Shown here in pieces: positions 1-11,495 of a DNA stretch of 64,000 nt. The translations under genes and the position numbers were made by a program. The DNA comes from Selaginella moellendorffii. Its lineage: Eukaryota > Plantae > Lycopodiophyta. Position 1 is the stretch's first letter; every line of letters starts with the position of its first letter. Below the pieces are notes generated by a model. It saw only the letters and a list, made by a program, of their open reading frames with translations, made no database searches and was not told the DNA's origin. Location: assembly GCF_000143415.4 (NCBI RefSeq), contig NW_003314265.1:3592443-3656442 (forward strand), in the 5' to 3' direction.

Positions 1-1948
1 GCTTGCCTTCTTGATAGCCAATAGCTTGATTCAATTGCTGCCATTCGTCATCGGAGAGGCCTCTTGGTTCACCGCCCCCATCAGATTGGCCACCCCTGAG
101 AAAAAACGTCGAACGATTGATCACGTCACCAGAAGAGTACGTCGACCTTACCATCCGAACGGCCACCATCTTTTTTTAGCTTGTTCTTTCTCATGCTCAG
201 CATTCTCTCTTCTAGCTTGATCTGCCAGTGTATGCGCAATAGTTCTGAAAAATAATGGTAAGAGCAACAAAAGGAGAAATTAATAACTAAATAAAATCGT
301 ATCCACCTCCATTGAACAATAACATCCTTGTTGAGACTTGATTCAAGCTGTCTGATCCCATCATCATCATTGATTGAAATACGATCGGGATTTGCCAGCA
401 AACATTTTGCATAGCTAGACAGGTACTGTTTCCGCATACGTGCATGGTGTAAAAGCTGATCCCAGCTCAAATGGCCACTGCAAACCTCCCATCAGAGCTT
501 GCCAAAACATAAAGATGTTAAAATACCTGGCCTTCCTGTTCTTTTCTATTGTAGCTTTAATGGCATATTGCCACCAAGCTGCTGGATCTTCTGCAACTGT
601 AACTTTTGGGCGGTAATGTGCATGTTCTACACGCATGTTGAACGTCGAAATGTTGTCGAAAAGCGTCAATACATCCCGATATTGGGGCTGTTTAACAATG
701 CTGGTTAGCTTGCATATTAAAAAAAAATGTTACCTCTGAAAGACAAAGTGTAACATTTTCAAGCACGACTGCTGCAGTTTGAGCAGGTTTGTCCGCACTT
801 CTTTCGTCACGTGTGCCTAGTTTACTGTACCGTGCCATGCCATCCACGGGCTGTAAGAGAAACGCGTGGTGGACTTTCTCAGCATCCTCGCGAACACCAG
901 GTTCAAATGCCTGATAGTAAACGTCAAGCATACGTCCAAAAACAAAAACTACAAACATGCCTTGCTCCAGCCTTCAGGCGAAAGATTTTCAAAGTCCAAG
1001 TCCCATGGTTTCGACTTGCAATCGAAATAAAATGCTAGCCTTTTCAGCTCACCGGACTGCTCAGCGGCCAACATTAACGAAATATGGACACAAGAAAATT
1101 CAAATCTCTACCTTGTTGATTTTATCTAACGCGCCCCCGGAGACAAATAGCTCTTTCCCATTGTCATCAACAGTAACAGCAGCAAGTTTTTCCAGAGTAA
1201 CTCCAATGGCAAATGGCTGCTCAGGATTGCTAAAGAAGAAACGAATCAGGAGAAAAGTTCGAGAAAAATCCAACGTACCTTTCAGTGTCCTCAAATCTGA
1301 TGTGAATGTTTGTAACAGAAAGCTTTATATTGGAAATTATAGTTCCAATCAACGATCCCAGCCAAGAGTTATTCTAGAGTGGAAAACAAAAAAGATTCAG
1401 TACAGTAAACCATTACCAAGCTACTCAAGGTACGCACCATCTCGGTCTGTTGCTGCTGCCCTTGGTCTTGCGTAGAAGTGACAAGAGCGGTTTCATGTTC
1501 CTACAGCGATGACGAGAAAATTAAGGTCCAGATTTAGAGAAAGAGAAAAGGCAAAACGCTTGCCTTGATATACTGATATCTGGCTTCTTCAACCGCATCG
1601 TCATCAGCACCTTCGACTTTGAATGAAGGCTCCGCCAGCACAAATATGCGATCAAGAGTCACAATAACAGGCTCTTGTCCCAGCCGGCTCCACGGAACTT
1701 TCAATTTTACGGATCCCAGAAATCCAGCTTTGACTTTAATGGGGAGCTTCAATTCCAGTAAAGCTTCCGGTTTGAGCTGCATATTCGTGAGCTCCACATT
1801 TCCTGAGAAATCTCAAAGTCAAAAGAGGAAACCAAAAAGAAAACGGAGTACCTTGCCATGCACTGATCTTCAAGGCCTCCTTGGAGACCCCTTTGACGTA
1901 CTTCCCCAAATACTTTTGGAGATAGAACGCAACGTAGTCCTCCAACAT
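1..1948 (-). CDS. VPS13: VPS13 lipid-transfer protein, N-terminal chorein region; multi-exon, continues beyond window start
   Basis: ATG 1948: MLEDYVAFYLQKYLGKYVKGVSKEALKISAWQG|NVELTNMQLKPEALLELKLPIKVKAGFLGSVKLKVPWSRLGQEPV. Later exons PFAIGVTLEKLAAVTVDD, LLQPVDGMARYSK, WWQYAIKA, LNKDVIVQWR are typical VPS13 N-terminal segments. Confidence 0.95.
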
Positions 1949-2686
1949 GGTTGCAGCACCAAAGCGATTGCTCTCTAGCTAGCCCACATTACCTCCGATC
2001 AAGCGATCGTTCATCGACTAAATCTCTGCCAAAGCGATCGCCTCCTGCGATCGATTCGACTCGATAGCGCTCCAATAGGTCAAAATTTGAGCTGCGCATT
2101 CCAGCTCAATGCAAGCACTCTGGCAGCTACACATATGCCAAACCTAATCTAGAAGCAAAGCCCCCTCCCTGGACGATAAACACATAAGGCAAAATCCTCA
2201 ATGAACGGCACGGCCACGTAATACAAGTGACCGGCTGGTGGAGGTGGAGCGACCGCCACGGGGCACGTCCTCCACGTGGCGGCTCAACAGCAACTTGGCA
2301 TCTACCGTCATGCTGACGGAATATCCGTGGCACCGGTTTTAAGTGTAAGATAACAGATACCCAGTTAACAGACTACCTTTACAGTTTCCCCGCCATTTAT
2401 AACAAGGGAGAGAAGAGGGAGAGAGCTATGGCGAGTGTCACTCGCGAATCACACTCTTAGCAGCAGCAGCGTCACATTTCGTGCGCCATTGCTGGGGATA
2501 GATTCGCGGGGGCGCTCATTCTTTCAGTGTTGGGCTTATAGGGTTTTTGAGGAGGTCGGGATTTTCTGGCGGCCAGGAGCGCGGCAGGAGCTAGCGCAAT
2601 GAGTTCTTGCTGCTGAGCGCCCGGAATCGGCAGCGATTTCTTTGCGACTACGGCGAAGAATTCGTCACGGGGATGGGTATGTGTGT

Positions 2687-2694
2687 TTTCGCGC
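2687..2694 (+). promoter_or_regulatory. Canonical E2F site TTTCGCGC in the DP 5' region
   Basis: Exact match to the TTTSSCGS consensus, upstream of the DP ATG within a probable leader intron. Confidence 0.35.
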
Positions 2695-2833
2695 CCTAAC
2701 TTTTGGTTTTTTTTTTCTCGGTGAAGCTCAAGTTTGGTGTGTGTATGCTCCAGGATCTACTAAGAAAGGGATCAATAATTCTGGTTTTAAGACAGCTACG
2801 AGAAGTAGCACGAGGATCTCCGTGGACGATGTG

Positions 2834-4475
2834 ATGAACTTGCGCCCGCGCAATGGTGAGAACGCTACTTTCCATCAAGGTAAGCTCGATTGTCATACAA
2901 GATCTTTGGCTTACTTTGTTTTCCTTGTCAGGCGATCAAAGTCAGTTCTACGGAGGATCCGATCTTCCATGCAATAACAATCTTTCGCCAAGTACGTCCG
3001 GACGGTTTGCTGGTCCATCAGTCTCGATGGACAGTGGAAGCATGGGATCTCCTTCCCGATGCAGCGACGTTGCAATGTTTACTCCCGGATCAAATGAAGC
3101 CACCGGGAGGTTTTCACAAGCCGAGAGCTATGACGAGCCAGCTTCTCCAGACATGGTCGGGTATGTTAGCTTTGAGTCTTTTTTTCTCTCGAACCACTGA
3201 GGAATCACGTAAGACAGTAGAAAGAAGAAGCGTGGGCATCGTGCAGCGATTGGGGGAGAGAAAGGAGGCAAGGGATTGCGGCATTTTAGCATGAAAGGTA
3301 AAGCATCGATCTCTTATCGTTCCGAACGTATCACTGCAATGCTCCGCTATTCTTTCAGTTTGTGAGAAAGTCGAAAGCAAAGGCCGTACGACTTATAACG
3401 AAGTAAGCTTTCATCTCCTGTGTGTTTCTTTTTGTAAATTTCTGACACGGTGATCCGTCAGGTGGCCGACGAGCTTGTAGCCGAGTTCACAAATCCAAAT
3501 GGTCTAGTCGGCTCTCCGGACCAGGTGAAGCTTTCTTAAGCCAGTTTTTGCCAGTTTCTTACTGATGTTTTGGCTCTAATTTATCTCTCTTTACATTAGC
3601 AGTACGATGAAAAAAACATCAGAAGACGTGTGTACGATGCTCTGAACGTTCTTATGGCCATGGACATTATATCCAAAGAAAAGAAGGAGATCCAATGGAA
3701 AGGGCTCCCAAGCACCAGTTTCACCGATGCCGAGCAGCTGAAGGTAGGTTCCCATGCGGTTTTTCGATTAAGTTGAAGTAGTTTTATGACCTACAGTTCG
3801 TGCAGGAAGAACAGCTGCGCGTCCGCTCGAGGATAGAAAAGAAGAAGAAGTATCTACAGGAGCTGCAAGATCAGGTCCGCGGATTTTTCTGATTTATTTC
3901 TGGCTCACTGTCCTGACGTTAAAACTTTGTGGAAGATCGTAGGCATTCAAAATCTCATTCATCGGAATGAGAGAATGTACAACGGCACTGGGAACTTTCC
4001 TGCTGGAGGCGTTGCATTGCCTTTCATTCTTGTACAGGTAAGAGTTTTCTCTTCCCAGCGATGCTGTTTAAATGCTGACTCGCCCCTACAGACTCGACCC
4101 CAAGCAACCGTTGAAGTCGAGATATCCGAAGACATGCAAGTAGTTCACTTCGATTTCAACAGGTACCAAATAGCTTTGTCTTTTCTCGCGACTACAATCA
4201 ACTTTCTCTGTTCCAGCTCGCCATTCGAGCTCCACGACGACGCCTCCATCCTCAAAGCCATGAATTTCTGCGACCCGGGGTCCAAGCCTGGCGGGGGATC
4301 CAAGCACGAGAATGGAGGCTTCGACGCGAGCCCGATGGACGATGGCTCCTCCCCTCTGCCGAGCATGTATCACCACCACCACCACCACGGCCGGTCCCCC
4401 CGGATGATGAAAAATGGCCTCTCGCCGCCGCCACTGCCAGGAATTCTCAAGGCCCGCGTCAAACAGGAGCACTAA
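2834..4475 (+). CDS. DP: E2F dimerisation partner (DP) transcription factor, multi-exon
   Basis: [10 protein letters not shown]|[15 protein letters not shown]|[45 protein letters not shown] (DEF box), LPFILVQ|[30 protein letters not shown]; ends [13 protein letters not shown], stop 4475. Start ATG 2834 inferred from exon phase. Confidence 0.95.
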
Positions 4476-4628
4476 GTACCGAGGGAAAAAACATCATCAC
4501 CCAAGAACGTTTTTTGCAATAAGAGGTTGCAAGAGATTCTTGTTTAAGTCAACGGTCAACAGTCAAAATCTGTAGTCCATGATTTTTATTTTAGGGTTCT
4601 TGCATTCCCGTTAATTTTAGGGTTCTTG

Positions 4629-5911
4629 ATGGAGAATGTCTTGCCGTGGCTCGAGCCGCGCGATGTGGCAGCGCTGGCGCTTACTTGCAGGACGATGGCA
4701 GCGGCAGCAAGGGATCTCACATCGTGCCGTGCCGCGGATGCAGCGCAAGGGTTGGAAGGCTTCGCGATCCCGGTGGTGAATTGCGTGGACGAATGCCGCT
4801 ACCCTTACTTCGAGTACTCGCCGGTGTCTGTTCTTGCGAGGGAGAGGAGGGCATTTGCCTTTCCGAGATCCATTTCCGAGAAGAATGCCGCTGGTTTTGA
4901 TTACGGGCAGTTTGGAGGCGATGGTTGCCGCTGCATTGACTGCTGCCGAGGAGAACAAGAAGATCCAGGTATGATGAGAGAATTTCCTGGTTTCTTTCTC
5001 TTAGGGGCTGAAAGTTGTCAGGATTTCCTTCACAGGCACCGGATGATTTGACTAGCGCGATCGAACTTTTGGTAATTTTCTGTTTTCTCGTTCGTGCCTA
5101 AAGACTTTGATCCAGGATGAAGATGATGATAGCGACGAAGCACTCCCGAGCAAAAAGAAAAGGCGGCTCTCGTCCAGCTCCTGTCCCTGCGGTCGGACGA
5201 TCTTCGGCGAGCGAGCATACGATTCAAACTCTCCCAGGCTCTTGAGTTTCCAAAACCAGAGAGAAGAAGAAGCTCCAACTCCCGACGATCTTCCACTGAT
5301 CTACGAGTGCGGCCCTGCTTGCTCGTGCACCATCCAATGCTGCCACAGGCTCTCCCAGCGCGGCGCCTCCGCCGAGCTCAAGGTTGTGAGGCATCCAACC
5401 AAAGGCTGGAGCTTACATGCAGCGCAGGACATCAAACCGGGAGCTTTCATCTGCGAGTACGCTGGTAAGAAAGAAAAGTTCTTCCTTCTCTACTTATCGT
5501 GCTCCTTTGTCTCTTCGCGTTTGTGCAGGAGAGCTCTTGACGACCAAGGAAGCTCGGAAAAGGCACCAAACTTACGACCAATCCCCGAGAGCTACGAGCC
5601 TTTTGGTGGTGAGAGAACATCTTCCAAAGGGCGACGCATGCCTCCGATTCAACATCGATGCCACCAACGTAGGCAACATTGCCAGGTTCATCAATCACTC
5701 CTGCGACGGTGGCAATCTCCTCTCGTGCCTCGTCCGCTCAGCAGGCTGCTGCGTCCCCAGGCTGGCTTTCTTCACGCGCAAAGAGATCCAGTCAGGCCAA
5801 GAACTTACTTTCAGCTATGGTGTCGTCGAACCGGGACTAGAATCGAGTTCGAGGGCCTGTTTTTGTGGAACAAGCCAGTGCCGAGGAATCCTGCCTTCTG
5901 AAAAAACATGA
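4629..5911 (+). CDS. SUVR3: SUVR3/SDG20-like SET-domain histone lysine methyltransferase
   Basis: N-terminus VLPWLEPRDVAALALTC...DAAQGLEGFAIPVVNCVDECRYPYFEYSP resembles SUVR3. Pre-SET ECGPACSC, SET KGWSL...FICEYAGE...IDATNVGNIARFINHSCDGGNL...ELTFSYG, post-SET CFCGTSQCRGILP. Confidence 0.92.
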
Positions 5912-5983
5912 GCCTTTCTAGACATGGATCTTCTTTCGGGTATATATTGTCTGTAACTGTAAGAAACAAAAATGGTGTTTTGG

Positions 5984-7633
5984 TTACCTCTGCTTCGAGT
6001 GAACTTTGTCTTTGTGTTTCAACGGAAAGAGAACCTCGCCGAAGTTCCTTGCCATTCCGCTGTTGTATATATTTTCAGCTCTATCCGGATCGGATTTCCT
6101 TCTAGCACTCCAAAACCCGCAACCATTCCAGAGTGACTTCGACGTTTTGCCAGGATCTTCAGATTTACCATTAGCATCAGTGTACCATCTCGTGTAAGCT
6201 TCCCATTTGTAGACCTGTAAGTGCCAGTAAGAGCAAACGAAGAATCTAAAACACTGACCTCGTTTGTTGTGGTGTTCCTGGCTATCAAGTACAAGTGATA
6301 GACCAGAAAAGACGCCAGTAGAATGGAGACAACGAACAAGAACATGAGCAGGAGCACTTGATGATTGTAGAACGTTATCACCCACTGGCGTCAAACAAAA
6401 CATCAGAAAACATTAAATTCGGCGATACAAACTTTCATACCTGCACAAGATGTGGCAGCTTGTCATAGAAAGTGACCATTCCATAAACTGTAAAAACGAC
6501 TACTAGTCAAGCAGTTGAAGACCTGAAACTCACATGATAGCCTTTCCATGACTCCATATCTCATGACCTCTCCGGCAAGTATGGCTACCAACAGGCTGAC
6601 TCCGTAGCAGCAGAGTATAGAGTGCCTGACAAGAAAAGAAGCTAAGTTTTCAGTGATTTTGCTAGAATAATCCGGCCTACCAGATCAAAAAGAATACGAA
6701 GTATCTGAGATTGTTGGCGCCGATGCAAGTGTTCTGCAACAAGTTGAGGTAAGACGCTATGTTCGACCACAAACAACAGAACAAGAAAGCTCGTCTTCAC
6801 ACAAACATGATGCAGGACTGACCATCCATCCACAGTGGTGATCAAAACGGGCAATGCAGCGGTTACAAATGCTGCAGTGTTTTGATCTTGCTGGTCTGCA
6901 AACGTAGGTACATGTTAGATTGACTTCACAAGAAAGAAATCCGGCTCCCTCACCGTGGAATGTTGCACGTTGGACAGATCTTCTCCGTGTAAATGATGCC
7001 ATCAAAAGGATAGATGTCTTCGTGCGTAGCCAAGTTCGAAGCAGTGATTGTTCCAGGATCAGAAAAACTAGCTAGCAAAAAGATGGCGATGCCCACTAAA
7101 ACTGCCGAGGGTCCCAAAAATCTGATCGCAAAAATAACTTGAGAATGGTCACGAAAGAAGGGCTGCCATACCTGTGTATCGAGGAAAGAAATCTCCCGGG
7201 AATGTACTTGAACGAAGTGGAGTAGAAGACAGAGAAACCTCCAACGATAAGAGACAAGTAAAAGAGCTACGCACAAGAAAGACCGATCAATCGTAGCAAA
7301 AACTTATCGATCGAGAGAGAACAAACCTGCAAAATTGGATTTGGCCGCTCGCAGCAAATATGTTCTACAAATTCGTAGCCTCGGACACCTCTAGATCCGA
7401 GACAGAGCCGGAGAATTTCCCTGAAATGCGAGGAGTTAGCCATTCTAGAACCTAAATCATACTTACTGGACGCAGTCGCAGGCTCCTCCTCCGATCCAAG
7501 AATGCAGCGCACGAACAGGCGTGCGATCGAACACCGGCCAGTTGCCACACAGCAGCGCCACCAGCACGAACAGGAGAAACCCTAGATAGACGAGGAGGAG
7601 CCATTCCTCGAGGAGAATATCCACGAGCTCCAT
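5984..7633 (-). CDS. DHHC protein S-acyltransferase (PAT17/Swf1-like), multi-exon
   Basis: [15 protein letters not shown]|[24 protein letters not shown]|[32 protein letters not shown]; start [13 protein letters not shown] at 7633. Confidence 0.93.
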
Positions 7634-7746
7634 TCAAAACTCAAGCTTGAATAGTAGAAACATTATGGTCATGGGCCATGCATGCCCATGCCTGACCGGC
7701 ATGGTAATCCGCCGCGATGCACATCCATGACCAATGGGCTACATCC

Positions 7747-9006
7747 ATGGCAAGAGCCCTAATTCTCTTGCCAGCGCCGCGATGCCGCCTCCTCTCGCGA
7801 GCGTCGCTGAGGAAGGGGGGCAAATTCATCGTCACGACGGACAAGCGAGTGATCAATGTAAGCGAGCTCGGCGCTCTTCTAGCTGCGACAGGTAGAGATT
7901 CCTCTCTTTCTCCAGGATTTCGACGCGATCGTCGAAATGTAGGTCAGAATTGCCACCAGTTTCCACAGATTGCCGGCGATGGACGCGTCTCCAGGGTTGA
8001 CGATGCGAAGCTCCAGAGGGCTCTGGATTTCAGCGACATCGCGGTGGCGATCTACGTCAAGGGCCGATCAATCCCTGGCGGTGATTATATGGAAAGGACG
8101 TGGAGCGAAGCTAGGGAAGGAGTTTGGGACCGTCTAAACTCCGACAAAGCTCCCAAGTGCTTGGTAGCGTTTGGTCGTGCGGTGTCTGATAAAACACTGG
8201 CTGGATCCATCCACGACTTGGCGGTAAGTTCATCCCTTTCCCTGGCTGATTTCTTTGTTCCAGTTTTCTTTTTTCGACTTCCTCATTTTTTTCGCTCTTT
8301 GTCGCGATCACTTCCTCGACTTTGAGAATGCGACCTTTCCTTGTTGGTGTTCACGTACTGGGTATGTACTCATTTTGGCTGATTTGTTTGCTATACTTTC
8401 GTTCTAGTGTTTTTTTCTTCTCGACTTCCTCATCTTTCTTTCCTTTCGCTCTTCGCCGTGATCACTTCCTCGACTTTGAGAATTTGAGAATGCGATCTTT
8501 CCTTATTGGTTCACAAGTGCTCTTATAGGTTGCTCCTTCGATGCAAAGGCAAGGGCTTGGGCGTCATGTTTTGCAGCGGCTAGCACGGTAGAGTGTTTTT
8601 CTATTAAGATTATTTTGTTCTAAACTCGAGGCTTCTTTTTCCTTTGTCGTCTTCCACAGTTATATGTACTACACACTGGACATTGCAGACATCTCAGTGC
8701 TCACTCGACCTGAAAACATGTAAGGCCTCTTTTGTTTTGTTATTCCTTCGTGGGAAAAGCCTGCTACTCGTCCCTGTCCAATTGTGATATGGATCTCGAA
8801 ATTGCTAGCTGCTGCTTACCTCTTCCTCCTGCAGGCCTTTCTTCGCAAGTTGTGGCTTCAAGCCAGACGCGCTGTGCTCCACCTCTATGCTGTACACAAA
8901 GACGCCACCCGTGAACTCCAAAACTTACCATGAAGCTACCCGTGCGGGGAAAATGACCCTGCTCGTTCCAGCTCCTTCTGTCAAGGCAAGCTTTACCGCG
9001 TTCTAA
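7747..9006 (+). CDS. GNAT-family acetyltransferase, probably plastid-targeted (GNAT3/At4g19985-like)
   Basis: Transit-like MARALILLPAPRCRLLSR; NCHQFP...KLQRAL; LVAFGRAVSD..LAGSIHDLAV|APSMQRQGLGR (acetyl-CoA motif A QxxGxG); PFFASCGF; stop TAA 9004-9006. Confidence 0.85.
8272..8510. repeat. Imperfect tandem duplication (~150-bp period) in a GNAT intron
   Basis: GATCACTTCCTCGACTTTGAGAAT and flanks occur at ~8307 and ~8460. Confidence 0.7.
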
Positions 9007-9767
9007 ATCATTCTCTCGAGCTAAAGTTCGATCGGCCGATGCTCTCTCGCCGAGATTGTTGATACTCTTTCAAGTTTTTCCAGGACTCGCAGACACTTCG
9101 AAGTTTTACTGCCAGCCTGAAGAGATGAGATGGAAAAAAATAAAGTGTAATACAAGGACCGATTAAAGGTATATATGGAATCTCTATCGCTGTAGCTAAA
9201 GAACGAGTAGCTAACTTTCGAGAGGGCGGCCCACCAAAGACGCACGCCGGGTTGCTTTCCCTGGCGGGGCCTATATGACGGTTTGGACCACATGGTCTGG
9301 CACATGATGACTTGTGGCCCATGGCTCAAATGACGTGCGTGAGTTCGATACCCGAGAGTGACAAGACAGCTACGTACTTATAATCTGATAATCTGGGGAA
9401 AGAAAGAAAGCTGGGCCACTCTGTTGGGCCCCATGGGCCAGAAACAACTGAAAGGTACGGCAGTTTTCTAGTGGGCGCGCGAATCTTTGTTTTAGTAGGG
9501 AAGGGAATATTCACCACATAGAAGAAAGTGAGCGGAGTGAATAGGTCTTGTCGCGTTTTATTCTCTCTTCTCTCTTTGCTTTTGTCAATGGCGCGGCTGG
9601 CACGGCTGGAGACGAAGCTGAAATTTCCGTCCCTTCGCTCGCGAAATCCTTGAGAGTGCCGGGCGAGTAGCGGAAATCTGCGAGGTTCTTGGTCCATGGA
9701 GGTGGAATTGGGAGGTGATGACGAGGAGAGCAGTAGTTCTTGGACGCCCCGAGGCATTTCGAGGTAG

Positions 9768-11102
9768 ATGTGTTCTTGCGAGGTAGCATGAGCGTTCTGG
9801 CTGAGAATCTTATGGGGATCGAGCGCTCTTGCTGAGAATCTCGCGATCTGGCATGGGGATCGGGTCTCTCTGCTGAGAATCTGGCGAAATAACATGGGGA
9901 TCGGACGGTCGGGCTGAGAATCTCTGCGATTCAACCGGTTTCAAGTGTTCTTGCAGGGAAATCTCATTCATGGGACCTTTGTGATGCCGAGGGTCAAAGA
10001 CGCCGCCGACAGGCGAATCCAGCGACCTTCCATCCAGCGCCAAGCGAGATCTCTTCACGGCGGCAATGCAGGAATCGCTGTAAACCCCGTGGAAGGTAAC
10101 ATATTCCTTCGCAATCTCTAGAACTTGGGCCGAAATATTTTTTATTCTAGGTGCTATGAAGATCGTTCCTCAAAATCCCAAGCGACCGATCATGGATCAC
10201 GCATCCGACGAGGAGGATGCCATCGACGACGATCCAGGCGCGGGGCAGCAGCATCACATCGAGAAGAAGAGGCGGCTGAGCGTGGATCAAGTGAAGTCCC
10301 TGGAGAGGCACTTTGAGCAGGACAACAAGCTGGAGCCGGAGCGCAAGCTCCAGCTTGCCAAAGAATTGAGCCTCCAGCCCCGCCAAGTCGCTGTGTGGTT
10401 CCAAAACAGGCGGGCCAGGTGGAAGACCAAGCAGCTTGAAAAGGACTACGACGCGCTCAAGGAAAATCTGGACGCTCTCCGCGGCGACTACAAATCTCTG
10501 TTGAAAGAGAAGCAAGAGCTCGAGGCCGAGGTATGTCAGATATTTTTTCTTTTCGTCCTTTCCTTTGCCTTTTGATTTTCATCTCGGGATTCCTCCTCCA
10601 GGTGAATCGGCTTAACGATCTACTCTCGTCCAAGCAAGAGGAGACGAAAGTGGTGGACGTGGGTGATGGTCACAGCAACAAAACAAAGGAGAGTGAGGGC
10701 AATTCCGCAATCACGGTGACTGCCACTACTACTATTACTACTCCGACGATTGCCACCCGAAAGGATTGCTCGATCAACTCGTGGGATAGCGACGGCGGCA
10801 GTGAGATTGTGGACGATGATCCGGCAATCACTCCTCGTCCGGATCAGAGCGAGAGCGGCCGTTTCTCGTTACACGACGACGAGGATCGCGTCCTCATGAA
10901 TCCGTTGGAGTGTCACATTGCCGCAAACTTCGACGACACATACACGAATTCGATGGTTTACTCGTCGTCCCCGCCGCCACCTCCTCCCCCCGACGATCGG
11001 ATGATCCCCAAGCTCGAGGACACGGGATACGACAGTGCTACTGCTGGGGGATTCTTTGATTTGGATGATCAAGGCTCGCTTTCGTGGTGGGATTGGTCTT
11101 GA
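9768..11102 (+). CDS. HD-Zip class I transcription factor; start could be ATG 9768, 9984 or 10156
   Basis: Homeodomain EKKRRLSVDQVKSLE..FEQDNKLEPERKLQLAKELSLQPRQVAVWFQNRRARWKTKQLEKDY plus leucine zipper; Trp-rich AHA-type end SWWDWS*. Exon 9957-10095 is open and in phase with 10151 onward. Confidence 0.93.
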
Positions 11103-11495
11103 CGAGGAGAAATCGGGGATGGATGGATGGAGATGGGTAAAATTGAGAGTTCAAAGGTACAGTGTATTTTTCTAAGTTTTGGTTGATCAAACTTTAGTAT
11201 AAGCTAGGTAGAGAGAGAGAGGGAAAAAATATCAGGGCCGATGTCAAATGGCTCGGACCATGGAAAATGTACACAAAGATGAAACAAAGCAATAAAAGTT
11301 CTATAGGCCACTGTTAACCTTTTTTAAGGATATATTCCCTGTACAACTTTATTGAAATTCAAGAAGAAAAGTGTTTACTCCATCTCCTTAAATTGTGAAA
11401 GGCTAAAGTTTGAGTTATAACACAAGATTATAAGGTCTGGCTAACCTCCAGATTTGCATTTCCTTTTCTCTTTCCCTGTTCTTCCACATTGCTCC

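Noticed and set aside
4962-5116. GATCCAGG direct repeat suggesting transposon-derived intron gain in SUVR3
   Set aside because: Splicing between the two copies breaks the frame; two ordinary introns around a small exon (5022-5071) explain the region.
9800-9925. CRISPR-like repeat-spacer appearance
   Set aside because: Repeats only 11 bp, irregular spacing, eukaryotic intron context, no cas genes.
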